Shown piece after piece: positions 1-13,538 of a stretch of 64,000 nt of DNA. Below the pieces are notes generated by a model. The model saw only the letters and a program-made list of their open reading frames with translations, had not been told where the DNA came from and did not search any database. Source of the DNA: Rhizophagus irregularis (lineage: Eukaryota); assembly GCF_026210795.1 (NCBI RefSeq), contig NC_089431.1:2604001-2668000 (forward strand). Reading direction: 5' to 3'. The position numbers were made by a program, and so were the translations under genes. How positions within the stretch are numbered: the first letter of the stretch is position 1; each line of letters opens with the position of its first letter.

Positions 1-225
1 ACGTGATAAAGTACGTCAACATCTGTACCCCATATAGGTGCACAAATACTGGTTACGCGTTCGTCTCTTTCTCTTTCTTCTAATTGTTCTTAACAAGTTT
101 CGCGTTTTTAAATTATATATTTCCAATTCACTGGATGGCCTAAATAATATAAATGTTTTCGTCTTAATCATTCCTTATTGAAAAGTTTTCGTTTAGTTGT
201 TTTTTTATAAAAAAAATTTAATACA

Positions 226-1354
226 ATGCAGATTAAACAAAAAAAATATAAAGTTCAATATGAATACGTTAGCAAAGATAATTTCAATGAAAAGAAAAAA
301 TATGTAATATTAGATCCTTCAAAAAATCATTCAATAATTTCATTAAATCGATTAAAGAATGATGGTATTGATACGAATAAAATTTCATTTAAACCAGTTT
401 ATTTAACTCAAGATGTGAAAATTTTAACTAAATTAGAATTAAATCTTTTAATTGGTAAAGAAAAAATTGAGAAAAAGATATCAATTATGATCTCAGAAGA
501 ATTGAATGATCAATTTTATTTAGGAAATGATTTTTTATCATCTTATTCAATAAGTGAAAATGATAATACAATAAGATATAATTTAATTCAAATAGGTCAA
601 GAAATAGAAATAGAAGAAATTCTTGACGAAAATGATGATATTTTTGGAGAAGAAATTCAAGATATTATGAATGAAAATGATATTATCAACGAAGAAAATA
701 TTCCTATCAGAAATCAACAGCTTAAATTAAATTTTAAAAATATTTTTTTTATTATTATTTCTTTAATTATTGCCATGTTTGCAGTCAAATATCAATATAT
801 GTTGAATTTTAAATCACCAGCCACGGATTTGTCATCTACAGATTTATCACTTGAACAATTTGAATTTAATTTTGACGAATCAGAGAAATTAGAGGAAATA
901 GAACAAGAAAGCAATTCATTTGAAATATTACGTAAGTTTTTTTTTCAAAATTAATTTATTTTATAACAAAATCCTCGAAGTAATTAGTTATTGTAATTTA
1001 CTAGCTGTAGAATGTTTTAATACTATCTGTGACTGTCCAGAGTCAAAGGAGGAAACAAAGAAGAAAAATATTAAGAAAAAATCAACGAAGAGACCAACGA
1101 AACAATCAACGAAACAATCAACGAAACAATCAGAGAAGAAACTAACGAAGCAATCAACGAAGAGACCAACGAAACAATCAACGAAACAATCAGAGAAGAA
1201 ACCAACGAAGCAATCAACGAAGAGATCAACGAAACAATCAAAGAAACCAACGAAGAGATCAACGAAGCGATCAATTAAGAGATCAATGAAGAATAAATCA
1301 AAGAAACAGGGGAGAATTTCGCAAATCATGAGAAAATTTATTCGATATATGTGA
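226..1354 (+). CDS. Orphan membrane protein: degenerate retropepsin-like N-domain, acidic linker, one TM helix, Lys/Ser/Thr-rich repeat tail (2 exons, ~351 aa)
   Basis: ORFs 226..954 and 920..1354 join in frame through intron 932..1004 (GTAAGT...CTAG). Motifs VILDPSKNHSIIS and FYLGNDFL, hydrophobic IFFIIISLIIAMFAV, STKQ/PTKQ/STKR repeats. Confidence 0.65.
1081..1290 (+). repeat. Coding 12-nt tandem repeat (A[T/C]CAACGAA[ACA/GAG/GCA]) with ~60-nt higher-order unit
   Basis: Directly visible; lines starting at 1081, 1141 and 1201 are near copies. Encodes STKQ/PTKQ/SEKK. Confidence 0.9.
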
Positions 1355-1615
1355 TATATGTCAGATGAGAATAGAAGAATCTTACTTTAAATGGTAGATA
1401 TTCGTTGTACAATTTTTTTTTTAAAAAAAAGCAAGTTGAAAATTTGTTTACGATAGTAATAATTCAAATTCAAGCATAATTATTTTTTATAATATTTAAA
1501 AGAATAAAAATAAATATACTTTTATTTAAAAGGGATTAGCCGCAGTAGCGGCAGCATATGATTGATCATCATATATAAAGAATTAATCTTTTCTGTTCTT
1601 TTATCAGAAAAACAA

Positions 1616-2696
1616 ATGTCGTTATCTGACAAAACGTCAGGTATTTCTGAGTTGAATTCTTTACCGACTTTATTTCTTTTAGAAGGACCAAAATTCCCTT
1701 CTTTTGATTTTAAAATTTCACCATCAAATCAGTCGAAATCTTTTAAAATAAAAAATCAAACAATTTATTTATATCCTGATAATGATAATAATGAATTATT
1801 TATGAATGATGATGATCACGCTGTTAAAACTGCCAACAACGTTTGGGATGCTGTAAGATTTTTTTTTTTCACTTTGTTTTTTTCGTTCAAAGTTATTTAT
1901 TTATTTTATTTATTTTAGAGTTTGATTCTCTCAAAATTTCTTGAAAAACAATGTAATGAAAATAAACTGGATTTTAAGGGGAAAAAAGTGATTGAACTGG
2001 TAAAAATCTGAATACTGAACCTTTTTTTGATAATTTTCTCTTTAAAAACTATATTATTATTTTTTTCAAGGGAGCAGGTAAATCTATACCATCACTCACA
2101 TCATCCATCTTAGGTGCAAGCATGGTAACAATAACAGATGCACCAATTGTTATTCCTGAAATTGAAAAAATCATCAAATTAAATGGATTTGAAAATAATA
2201 ATGTTTTAGCTAAACCATTAGATTGGGAAAATAGGTTAGAAAAGTTATATTTTTTACGTATTATTTGTATAAAAAAAAATAATTTAATTTCTCATTATTA
2301 TTTTTAGAAAAGATTATATTCCATTTTTAATCGATAAAGGTCCGTGGGATTTTATCTTAGCTGCCGATGTAATTTGGGTAGATTATTTAATTGTACCTTT
2401 AGTTGATTCTATTGATGGTAAGTTAATGACCTTAAAATTGAAATTGATCTCATATATGTATATTATTTTTAAATAATTCATTTATGATTAATATATTAGA
2501 ATTATCAACACCATCATATACAACCCTTTTACTTTGTCATCAATCAAGAACTACGAGATCAGACAATATGTTATTTGATACATTGAAAAAACGTGGTTGG
2601 AAAATCCAAAAAGTCTCAAGGGATGAATTAAATTTGGAAGAGGGATTTTGGAAAGATAATGTTGATATATATCAAGGACAAAAAGAACAAGAGTGA
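1616..2696 (+). CDS. METTL21/family-16 protein lysine methyltransferase
   Basis: Spliced product has VWDA-SLILSKFL, KKVIEL-GAG (motif I), VTITD, LDW and DFILAADVIW. Confidence 0.85.
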
Positions 2697-3503
2697 TATT
2701 TAAAATTAAATATTGTATCCAAAATTTACGAACAAAAATCTTTGAAACAATAGTAAACACGTATATTAATGCACCAAATGCATTAAAACTAAGACTTAAC
2801 GAGAATCAAATCAAAAAATAAAATAATTATTGTTGCAGAAGTGTATTGTCATTACCATTGTTTCATTACTGTATCATTATTTTTAAACAATTATCATTGT
2901 TATGCTATGAATCTCAATTCCTGAAACAAAATAAAGTTTAATCATTTGACGTGCAGAATTAACCATTAATCGAATTAAACCACTTACATTGGCTGAAACC
3001 ATAGATCATGTGACATTATAATTTGAATGAAACCATTTTACGTTTGAATATTTAAAATATGATTGGATAACGGTATTTACGCAGTAATCACATAAAGCTT
3101 CATTGGTTATGCAAAAAACACATACTTTTGCATATTATTGTTATCTTTCGATTATTATTTAAATTTCATCGGAAAAGCTTTTGCTTATCGTTTTCTTTAT
3201 ATGCACATTGACGCAATATTTTTTTCATGTAGCAATTAATAACAGTAAATTTTAAATTGTTGCAGGCATAATCGTGCATTAATCCTGTGTTAAACATGAA
3301 ATGATATCCCAAAAAACTTCAATTATATGCATTCTTTTGATAAAATTTCTTTTCGCCCAAATTCAATTTCAAATTCAAACATTTAAAATTAAAAATTAAA
3401 AATTTTCATAAATAATATATGCATATTATCTTTACTTGCTCTGACATTCATATGCCGCAAATCCGAAAACTTTCACAAATTCAAAGTAAAAAAAAAATGT
3501 CGA

Positions 3504-5932
3504 TCATAAATGATTGCTGTTTAAATCATTAAAATAATTTAGCAACTCGTCAACTGTCATGTTACCCAATATTTCTCCATCTCGTCGTCGAACGTTTATA
3601 GTTTGTGTGTTTCTTTCTTTTTCTCCAACTAATATTATGAAATTGTATTGTGATAATTGAGCGGTTTTAATCATCTTATTTAATGAATTTGTTGATCGAT
3701 CAACATCTATAAAATAACTACATCGGGAATTTTCTGATTTTAAGTAATTGCAGATATATTCAGCATAATCAAGGAATTTTAATCCTCCAATTGGAATTAT
3801 AATTGCCTGTCTTGGGCTCAGCCAGAAAGGCCATTTTCCACCTGTATGTTCTGTTAATATAGCCATGATACGCTCAACTGACCCCAAAATTGCACGATGA
3901 ATAATTATTGGGGTTTGATCTGTTCCATTTTCATCACGATATTTCAGTTGAAATCTTTTAGGGAGTTGAAAATCAAGTTGAATAGTTGCTGTTTGATGCA
4001 TGCGATGAAAAGCATCTTCAACCATAATATCTACTTTAGGTCCATAAAAAGCGGCATCTTCTGGATTGATGGTCCATTTCCGTCCAGTCATATCTAATGC
4101 TTTTTTGAGTGCATCCTCGGCGTAATCCCATTCTTTGATTTCGCCAATAAAATTTTTATTCGGCCTTGTTGACAAAAAGCTTTCATAGTTAGTAAATCCT
4201 AAATCTTTGTAAACACCGTCTATGAATGATAGAGTAGCGGATATTTCTTCAAAGATTTGCGATTCCCTACAAAAAATATGAGCGTCATCTTGGTGGAATT
4301 GACGAACTCTAGTGAGTCCAGAAAGTGAACCCGATGTTTCATTTCTGTATTTTATTTTAAATTATTAGCACACTGCATCATCATATAATCTTGTGATATC
4401 AAAGGAATTCATCAGTTATGCAAGATATGATTAAATAAAATAATTAAATTATATTAAAATGTACTAAACAGAAAATACCTGTGTAATGAGCCAAAATCTG
4501 CTAATCTTAATGGCAAATCACGAAAGGATTTTGGTGCACTATCAAATATCAAACAATGTCCCGGACAATTCATGGGTTTTAATCTATAAACATCGCTATT
4601 ATCATTATGGTAATGTACTGTAAACATTTCATTTTGATAATTTTGCCAATGTCCCGAAGTTTCCCATAATTCTTTTTTGAATATCATTGGCGTCATTACT
4701 TCTTCGTAACCAAATTTTCTATATTTTACACGAATATAATTTTGTAATTTTTGAAATATTCGAGTGCCATGTGGAAGCATAAAGATAGATCCTGGACTCA
4801 AAGGATGAGTTAAAAAGAGTTTTTGAGATTTTCCTATTGTCCGGTGATCCAATTTATGTGCTAAATCTCGTTCTTGTTTCCAAGATTTAAGTTCTTGAGC
4901 ATTAGGAAATGAAATTCCATAAATACGAATAATAGATTGTGGAGAAGTTTTGTTATTATCAATGTCAGGCGTCCAATAAACATTTGCACATTTTAACAAA
5001 TCTATTGCTTTAATATATCCGGTGTGTGGAATATGAGGTCCACGACAAAGGTCGATAAATGGTCCACATTTATAAAGTGTAATTTGCTCATTTTCTGGTA
5101 TTTTTGAGAGGTAATATAATTTGAACGGATTATTGGAAAAGATGTCATAAGCTATATTTTTCGTAACAACCAGATGTTCGAATGGGTAATTTTGTGAAAC
5201 AAATTCATTCATAATTTTCAAAATTTCTTGCAATTCTTCTGAATTGAAAGGTTCCTTTCTAATTTCCGGTGATCTGATAAGTTGAGCAATTACTTCATGC
5301 AATCGACTTATTTTTGATATTTCTCCTCGTTCATTATCCAATTGTTCACTATGTTTCTTTAATAGAAGTTCATAAAAGAAGCCTCCCTGTTTAAGTGATG
5401 GCCCATCGCATAGTAAAATATCATCTCCATATTTTGTTTCTAGAGCTAAACCTAATACATGAGAAGTTGAATGCCAAAACACATCCTTGGTTGTAGAATC
5501 ATTCAGTTCAAAAGGAAGAAGCTGCAAAGTACATGAATTGGTAAGAGGACGGTTCATATCGTAAAGTTCACGAGAATTAATAAGTGCCACTATAGAATTA
5601 TTGGCAAGCTTACGTGAAATACCTAAAGTTTTTAAAGAAAAACTTAAGGTATAATAATATTATAAAGATAGGTGATAGATTTCCAACTTACCTTTTGCGC
5701 ATTCTAATGGTGTTGTAACACCTGCGATTCCTTGTTTTATGGTTCCATCCATTAAAGTAATATTGATGGTATTTTGCGCTTTTATATTTAAACGATCCTC
5801 TTGTCTTTTCTTTTCGGCTTCCCAAATTAGCAATCGCTGGCGAATGTTGACGGTAGACATTTTTCGTATATTTATTATTCTGAAAAGTAAGTGATTCCGA
5901 TTAGCGTAGTTGATCTGGAAACTACGTAGCAT
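3504..5932 (-). CDS. MST1: Threonyl-tRNA synthetase, probably mitochondrial
   Basis: FWHSTSH, DLCRGPH, LWETSGHW, LKPMNCPGHC, TRVRQFHQDDAHIFC, AAFYGPKVD, IIHRAILGSVER. Basic N-terminal presequence; 2 introns. Confidence 0.92.
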
Positions 5933-6336
5933 CTTTCTCAGATCGCCAAAATTTAACAGGTAGCTAAATCTAATGAAAAGACAAGCGCGTTTTTCAACAA
6001 TATGATAATTTGTTACACGTGTTTTTTATGCATTTAAGTTTTTACAACTATAAACAAAAATAAATATTGGGACACACTATAAACGAAAAAATGGGCTATT
6101 GTCTTATGTGAATAAATATAGTTAATGCTTTAATATATATAAATATATAAATATTGTAATGACTACAAAGTGATCGATGACATGTGACTTTGTGGGCGGG
6201 TTTTGTCTAGCGATAATATATAAACCATACACCATTTTACCAGCTCGATATAGCTTCGCAAAACCTTAAAAAAAAAGGGATAGTTAAATAATTTATATAA
6301 TTTGTTCATCCTAAGTTTCTAAAGTTTACATGAGTA

Positions 6337-9300
6337 ATGACGCCCACAGCACCAGAAACCGAAACATATGACGATTTAATAAAACGAATACTGGAGTCAG
6401 ACACGGACGATGACTTTTCTAAGCATCCACTGTCTTCAAATAGTGCTCCAGAAGGGCCATTACCACCAGAACTTGAAGCTGCCTTAGAAGATAATGTTCA
6501 AGCAGAAAAGTATTTAAGTAATTTAAAGAAAAGAATGGAAGCATGGAAAGCTGCGGGTTTAACTGACGCAATGAAAAGAGCCCTTGAGCTCCTACACGAA
6601 AATAATGGACTGACAAGCGGGAATAGCGAAGAAGACGAAGATACTGATGGAAGGTAAGGAAATCATAGATTTTTAAGGACACTTTAGATCTCTTTTTCTT
6701 TGACAAAATCGCTTTATTACACTTAATTCTAACTGATTTTTTTTTGATTTTTTTCGAATGAATTTAATTCCGATTCAATCTTAAATATATGTAGCAGTAA
6801 TGATGAGCCAGCTACTCCAACGATCGATATACATGACATTCAACCACAGCCAAAAGTAGCTGAGGGTTCAATATCGCGTCTTGGTAAGAGTTGAAACTAT
6901 TATTAGCAATTGATAATTCTGAATTCATTTCATTAATCTGGTTTACTTTATAGTGAACGGTGTCTCTTCATTGGTTGATATTGAAAATTCTTTCAATAAG
7001 CTCCGAATACCAGAACTGGATCTTCCTATTACTCAAGATAGTACAATAAAATCTGCGCTCACAGAATTATATAAACTTCAAGAAGATCTTCAAATACATT
7101 TACAAGGTGGACCATTGGCGGATCCATCAACTATGGGTGCACAGCGAAGAAAGAAAGTTGCTGATCTGCTGGAACGGGTCATGAAAGAAGCTGCTTTGTA
7201 TGAGGAATTTGTAAATAAAGGTAATGATTTGATATTGTTATTTACAATGATATGTATTTTTATTTTAAATAATAATGAGCTATTTGATTCGATTTTAGCG
7301 CAACACCTTAGTCTAGATAGAATTTTGAATGAATCAGAAGGTTCTAGTGATGAAGAATGCATAGATTCTGAAACTATAGATACTGAATCTGAGATTCCTG
7401 GTTTTGAGGTATTTGTAGTTATTATAAGCTTTTTAAGTTCATAAAAGAAGTGGCCTTGCCTAATAAATGGTCCTTATAGGATTCATTATCGGATATATCT
7501 CGCAGGTCTGCAGCTACTCCATCAACAACTCCACTTTCGCCACGTTCTTTAAGAGCTCTTGATCCTAGTTTAGCACGATTACGCTCTACTTCTTCTGCGT
7601 CGATTCCTTCGATGCAATCTAGAGCATCATCTCGACTATCACGTTCATCATCTCCTTCAATATTAGGTCTTGAGGACTTAGGATTACTTGCCCCACCTGA
7701 ACCATGGGAAGCTTTCCGGTGGTCCCCTATGGCAAAATTATCAGAACAATTATACTCAAATCAGCATGCAGGCTTGGCTACGGTGCTCGCTGTACGTATT
7801 ACTTTCTTAAATTAAAATCTTGAGTCATTTCTCTAAATTCTTTTTATTTATTTTACTTATTATTTAATTTTTTTCAATAATATATGTATATATGTATATT
7901 ATAGGTTAGTGGTGTTATTGCAGTCGGTACTATTCGTGGCTTAATTATGGTATATGATTTTTCACAAACATTAAAATGCGTTCTTGGAACTACAGTCAAT
8001 GGTATTATAGTGAGAGTTTTCGTTATCAATAAATGTATTATTTTTAAATAAATAAAAGATTAATGTATTTTTCAATTATTAGCTTTTGAACAGCATGGTG
8101 CGGTTACCTCACTTGCTATTTCTTCTGATCACACTCAGATTGTCAGTGGTCATGCACAAGGATTTATATTAATATGGGATTTGCAAAGACCAATGAATCC
8201 AGTGCGTTCTATTTCACCAATTTCCCCGGCTGTTGCTGCAGGTGGCAGAAAAGAAGGACACATTCGTGGTTCATCAATTTTACATGTTGGGTTTGTCGGT
8301 ATGAGAAAAAATGGAATAGTGTCGGGAGACGATCATGTATGTTGTAGTTATTCTTTTAATCACTATCTTTTATCTTTATGAATCCGAATAATGTTTATTT
8401 TTATTTTTTTTATTTTTAATAATTTTTCAAAAAGGGTATGGCATTTTACCATAACTTGTATAAGGTCATGTTGGTTAATGCTACAGAAACTACACGTATT
8501 CTTGGAAGTTATCCTACGCAGACATCTGCTTCTCAAGCTTCAGTACCTTCTAAACCGAGAAGACCGAGTACAGTATTTGGTTTATCACCTTTGCCTCTTG
8601 GTCAAACGCCTCATGGATCCGAAAGTTTTGGGCTTGTAGCAATGTTAACACCTTATAAGGTATTTATTTTATTGAATCTTTTGTATTAAGTTTATTTATC
8701 TATGTATTTATGTTTATGTTTTGTCTATCATTAATAGATGATTATAGTTAGTACTAAACCAACACCTCAAACCCAATATAAATATTTAAAACCCAAAAAT
8801 GTTTCGACGGATTCATCCACGTCAAAATCAATTGCCGGATGCTTAGCATGGTTTCCTGCTGATAAGTTTCAGCTAAATGACGGTAACCCAACTAAATTTA
8901 TTTAGGTCGTTTTTTTTTTTTTTACATTAAATTTTGATATTTTATTTTATTTATTTTGATTAAAAAAAAAAAGATTCACCAACTGAATATACTGATCCTC
9001 TACTCGCATTCTCATGGGGTCATCATTTGACTATTTTAAAAGTAACTGCTGTGCCACTCTCTGCTGCCGAACTTTCAAAAAAAAGAAGACGCCCTGAACA
9101 TGATGTTAGGCTAGAATTTACCAGAGTTGGTGATTGGAAATCTAGGAATGGCATAGTTGCGCTACAGTGGCTATCCTCTCAGGTGACTTTAATCATTATT
9201 TGATTTTATTTAATTATTTATAAAGACAGCATATCGCATGTTGATCATTCGATTGGATTTATATTCCTACGTAACTAAAACGTGTTATTACAGATATTGC

Positions 9301-12300
9301 TGATTTTGACAAATACCGAAGATATTGTTGTATTTGATCCAAAATCTTTGCATGATTTTGAGCAAAGCAATATTCGTCAAAGATCATTAGTATATCATGA
9401 TAGGTTTTCCTCACTTTTAAAGGATATCACGGACGATTCAAATGTGCATGTAGATACATCAAGGACAACGGTTGATTTGGCTTACTATCACAGTATACGC
9501 GTATATAAAGGAAACGTATTTCTCTTGGTATATATTTGATTGAATTTATATTCTAGTAATTATCGATAAAATTTCAAACTCCAATACTAATGTTTTAAAA
9601 TTATCGTAGGGTGTGAGACAACTTCATGCTGGGACACTTTTGTCATGGGCTGATCGTGTAGTTGCACTTGTGCAATCTGGTGATTTCCTTGAAGCTATAG
9701 CTTTAGCCACATCTTTTTATAATAAAACATCATCTCAAACAATTCTTGGTTTACCGGATGATGAAGAAAGTCGTCATGCAATTGTAGGTGAAAAACTTAT
9801 GGAACTTTTAATAGGTTCAATAAATTATGCATTTTCGAGCGAGCGTACATTCCAGGGTATGGTTGATGAACATAATGGTAGCGGTGCAGTTTTATTCAAT
9901 GATTTAGCTGTCGCATGTATTGAGGCCTGTCTTAGTATGCATAGAGAGGACTTTCTATTTAATGATGTTTATGAGCGATATTCTGAGGCTTCTGCTAAAG
10001 GAGTACTCCTTGAAGTTTTTGAACCATATATACTCGAAGATAAAATAAAGGATTTACCGCCGGAAATAATGAAAGATCTGGTCGATCATTATAAGAGTCG
10101 TCGTATGCTTGCAAAAGTTGAAAAATGCATATGGCACATTAACCCTCAATGTATAGATATTGATCAAGTTGTCCAATTATGTCAAAGTGAAGGACTCTAT
10201 GATGCGATGATCTATGTTTGGAATCGTTCCATGATGGATTACGTTAGTCCGGCTGTTGAGCTTCTTAAAATAATCAGGAAAATCTTAATTTTAGAAAAGC
10301 GTAAAAAAAAGAAGCATCGTTCTTCAATGTCAACTTCCTCCATTTCAGCTGATGTTAATGTTGAAGCGGGTGAAGATTTGGAGACAATGAGAACAAACGC
10401 TCGCAAATTTTATACTTACATGGGAAATATTCTCACTGGTCGCACATATCCTAACGGTGCTCCACTTTCAGAGCCAGAAGCTAATGAGGCTCGAACAACA
10501 TTATATTCTTTTGTGTTTTCTGGTCGTTGTGTTGTATGGCCTAGGCACGGTGGGGAATTAATCTTAACAGCTGAAGATGAGTTGAAAGGTTCAGAACCTA
10601 CTTATCCCTATCTTAGAATCTTCTTACGATTTGATACAAAAGCGTTCTTGCAAGCTTTAGAAATCGCCTTTGAAGATTCTTATTTAAACGGGGTTGAAAT
10701 AATTATGAATGGTGATGAATATGTTGAGGAAGAAGAATTACCTGGGAAAATTATAAATCGTCAGTTATTAGTGAATATCTTGTTAGAAGTTATGACATCA
10801 AGTTCTTATGATAACTCGGAATTTTCCCAGACAGATATTTCCTACTTGTATAGTTTTGTAGCGCGTAATTTACCAAAATACACACAATTCTTACTATTAC
10901 CCCCATCTATCATACACAAGATACTGGTCCATCTCAGTACTGATAATGTTCCTCGTACTCGGGAAGAACGACAACTTTCAGTAGAATGTTTATTATCTAT
11001 TTATACACCACAAGATGAAAATCAGATGGTTCAGTTATATGAAAATGCTGGGTTTTGGAGAGTGCTGGAGCATGTATATAAAGCAGATAAAAAATACGGA
11101 TTATTAGTGACAACTTATTTAAAAGATCCTGAACGAAGAAATGAAGTTTTTGATTGTATTCGTAGCTTATTAAATCCCAACAGTAAGCTTACGGAGAAAC
11201 AAAGAGAAGAAGTTACACAAACTATTATGACGAGAATTGATGAAATTGTTGATATTGATGGTGAACAAACTGCCGCAATTATTAAAACATATTTTGACAG
11301 TGATCATAAAACTGTTATCGAGAATTTATCATCATCTCCAGCACGTTTATTCACTTATTTGAGGGGACTGTTGGAACCTTCTCAAGAAAATATAACAGGC
11401 GGAGAACTTGTGAGGGTTCGAACTGTCGAAGAACAAGTTATTATGTCTGAAGCACATTCAGAGTCCCTTCTTATAGATCCAGAAATTCATGAACAGTATA
11501 TTGCATTAATGTGCAGATTTGATCCTACAGGTGTATACCATTATTTACAAACTCATCCAGATACCTATAGAATGGAATATGTATTGCCTATTTGTGATGA
11601 CACTGATATTGTAGACGCAGTGGTTTGGATTTTGGAGAGAAGTGGTAAAGCAGTTGAAGCACTTAACAAAATTTTGGATATAGTCCAAGATAAAAAGCAG
11701 GAAATTCTTTCATTGATTGAAGATAAAAAAAATGACATAAATGACCAATGGACATTAATAGAAAAAACAAAAATAGAGACATCTTTAATGAAATTAAAAG
11801 GTGTACTCAAGATTGGCATTCTTTTGTGCGAGAATAGTTGCCGACGAGCAACTTCAACAAAAGGTTCTAAGGGTGCTGTTGCCTTGCCTCAAGACCATAC
11901 TACAGAAAGTGAAACTGAGTTATTATGGTTCAAACTTCTTGATGCATTTTTGGATGCCACTAAAGCTATATCTTCATGTGTAATACCACCAATACCTCCA
12001 ATGATGTCAGAAAAACTTTTAGCCAATGGGCAATTATCCTCATTTGAAGTATCGAGATCACCTATATCACCATATATTGCAAATCATTTAGTTACTACTT
12101 TTAAATCATATGTTCAGTCTATTATGAGGTCCTTACTGTTGTCCACATCTTCGCCTTACGTTTCATTGCCGAGACTATTGCTTAGATTTATTCAGTCGCA
12201 AGCCAAAAGGAATAGTACCGTCTCGGACTTTCGGGACATTTTCGTAGGGATGATTGATACATATAAATATGAAGGTCAGTTGCTAGCTATGACCAACCGA

Positions 12301-12973
12301 CTATTTGAAAAGGACTTGTTCATGAATGTAGCGGGTGTTGTTAGACAGCGTGGTAAAGGCTGGCGCCCTCGTAGGGGGGCATGTGAAGTGTGTGGGGTTC
12401 AGTTTTGGGGAACGGATCTTAACCATCTGAACCTTCGCACACCATCTGGTTGGGGTTCACCCGAAAAGAAAACGCCCCATTCATCCACTATATCCAACCC
12501 TGCCAATATTGCAGATGCCTTACCAGATGCCTTACCGACCCTTGAATTACTTGAAGAAGAATCTAATCAGTACCTGTCTGATGGAGAAGCTTCGACATCT
12601 GTCAACCCACTCCCCTCGCCACCGTCTCCTCAACCTTCAACATCGTCAACGATTCAAGAAAACGACCTATTACTTTTCCGTTGTGGCCACGGTTACCATC
12701 GTAGATGCCTCGAGACCGAATCGAACATTTCTACAGAAAATGAACCAGAAACTATATGTACGGTTTGTCAAATAGAACGACGGAGTGATGACATTGATTT
12801 AATGAATAATTCAACGGGAAGAATTAAGGGCAAAGACAAAATTGTGAGTAGAGATTCATTTATGTGTTAAAGTTTATATGAATATATATATTTTTTTTTT
12901 TTGAAAAAAAATCTTGTTACGAATCTATCATATATTATTATCTTTTTTTTTCTTTTTAAATAATTAGATTTAA
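6337..12973 (+). CDS. VPS8: Vacuolar protein sorting 8 (CORVET subunit)
   Basis: Multi-exon WD40-like region (IAVGT, VTSLAISSDH, LAFSWG), long helical CHCR-like exon 9611-12843 (LLSWADRV, GLYDAMIYVWN) and split C-terminal RING (CEVC...CGHGYHRRC...CTVC). Stop is 12973 if the last intron is spliced, otherwise 12870. Confidence 0.9.
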
Positions 12974-13538
12974 TGATGGAACTGTAATGCCTCGAAAAAG
13001 GTTTTTCAACAGACTTTGAAAATTATGACGTGAAAATTTTGTGATTTATTATAACTTTTAATCTCTCCATTATTAACCTTTTTTGAATGTTGAATTATTT
13101 TTATAATGGTATTCAACAATTACTTTTAATTATTGGTTTAGGACTTTGTTTAAAGGGTCTGTGTCTCCAGGTTTTTTTTCCATTTTTTTCTCTTGATTAT
13201 AATTATTACTTAGTGTAATTATAAATTAAATTCTTTATTTGTAATTTTAGATTTTATTTAGGAGGGGGGGGGGTTTATAAATTTTATTGTATTTTATAGT
13301 ATTTATTTAAACATTTGTTCTTGGAGAATTTTTTCTACATCAAATTGTAAATTATTATTAAAATACTTTGATGTTTCTGGTTTTCGGATATATAAGTTCG
13401 TTACAATTTACAATATTAAAAATATACTCTTTCAATAATAACGTAATAACATGTTAAAAATTGTATTTATTTTTTAGATACCGACGAATAATAATACAGT
13501 AAATTTATGATAATTTCTAATATAAAAAAATAATATTT

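Noticed and set aside
1081..1290. Short repeats as a CRISPR-like array
   Set aside because: There are no unique spacers; it is an in-frame coding tandem repeat in a eukaryotic gene.
988..1329. Antisense ORFs (113 aa, 67 aa) with FVDC/SLIV repeats
   Set aside because: Shadows of the 12-nt coding repeat on the + strand.
13261..13273. G-run downstream of VPS8
   Set aside because: A single homopolymer with no supporting structure.
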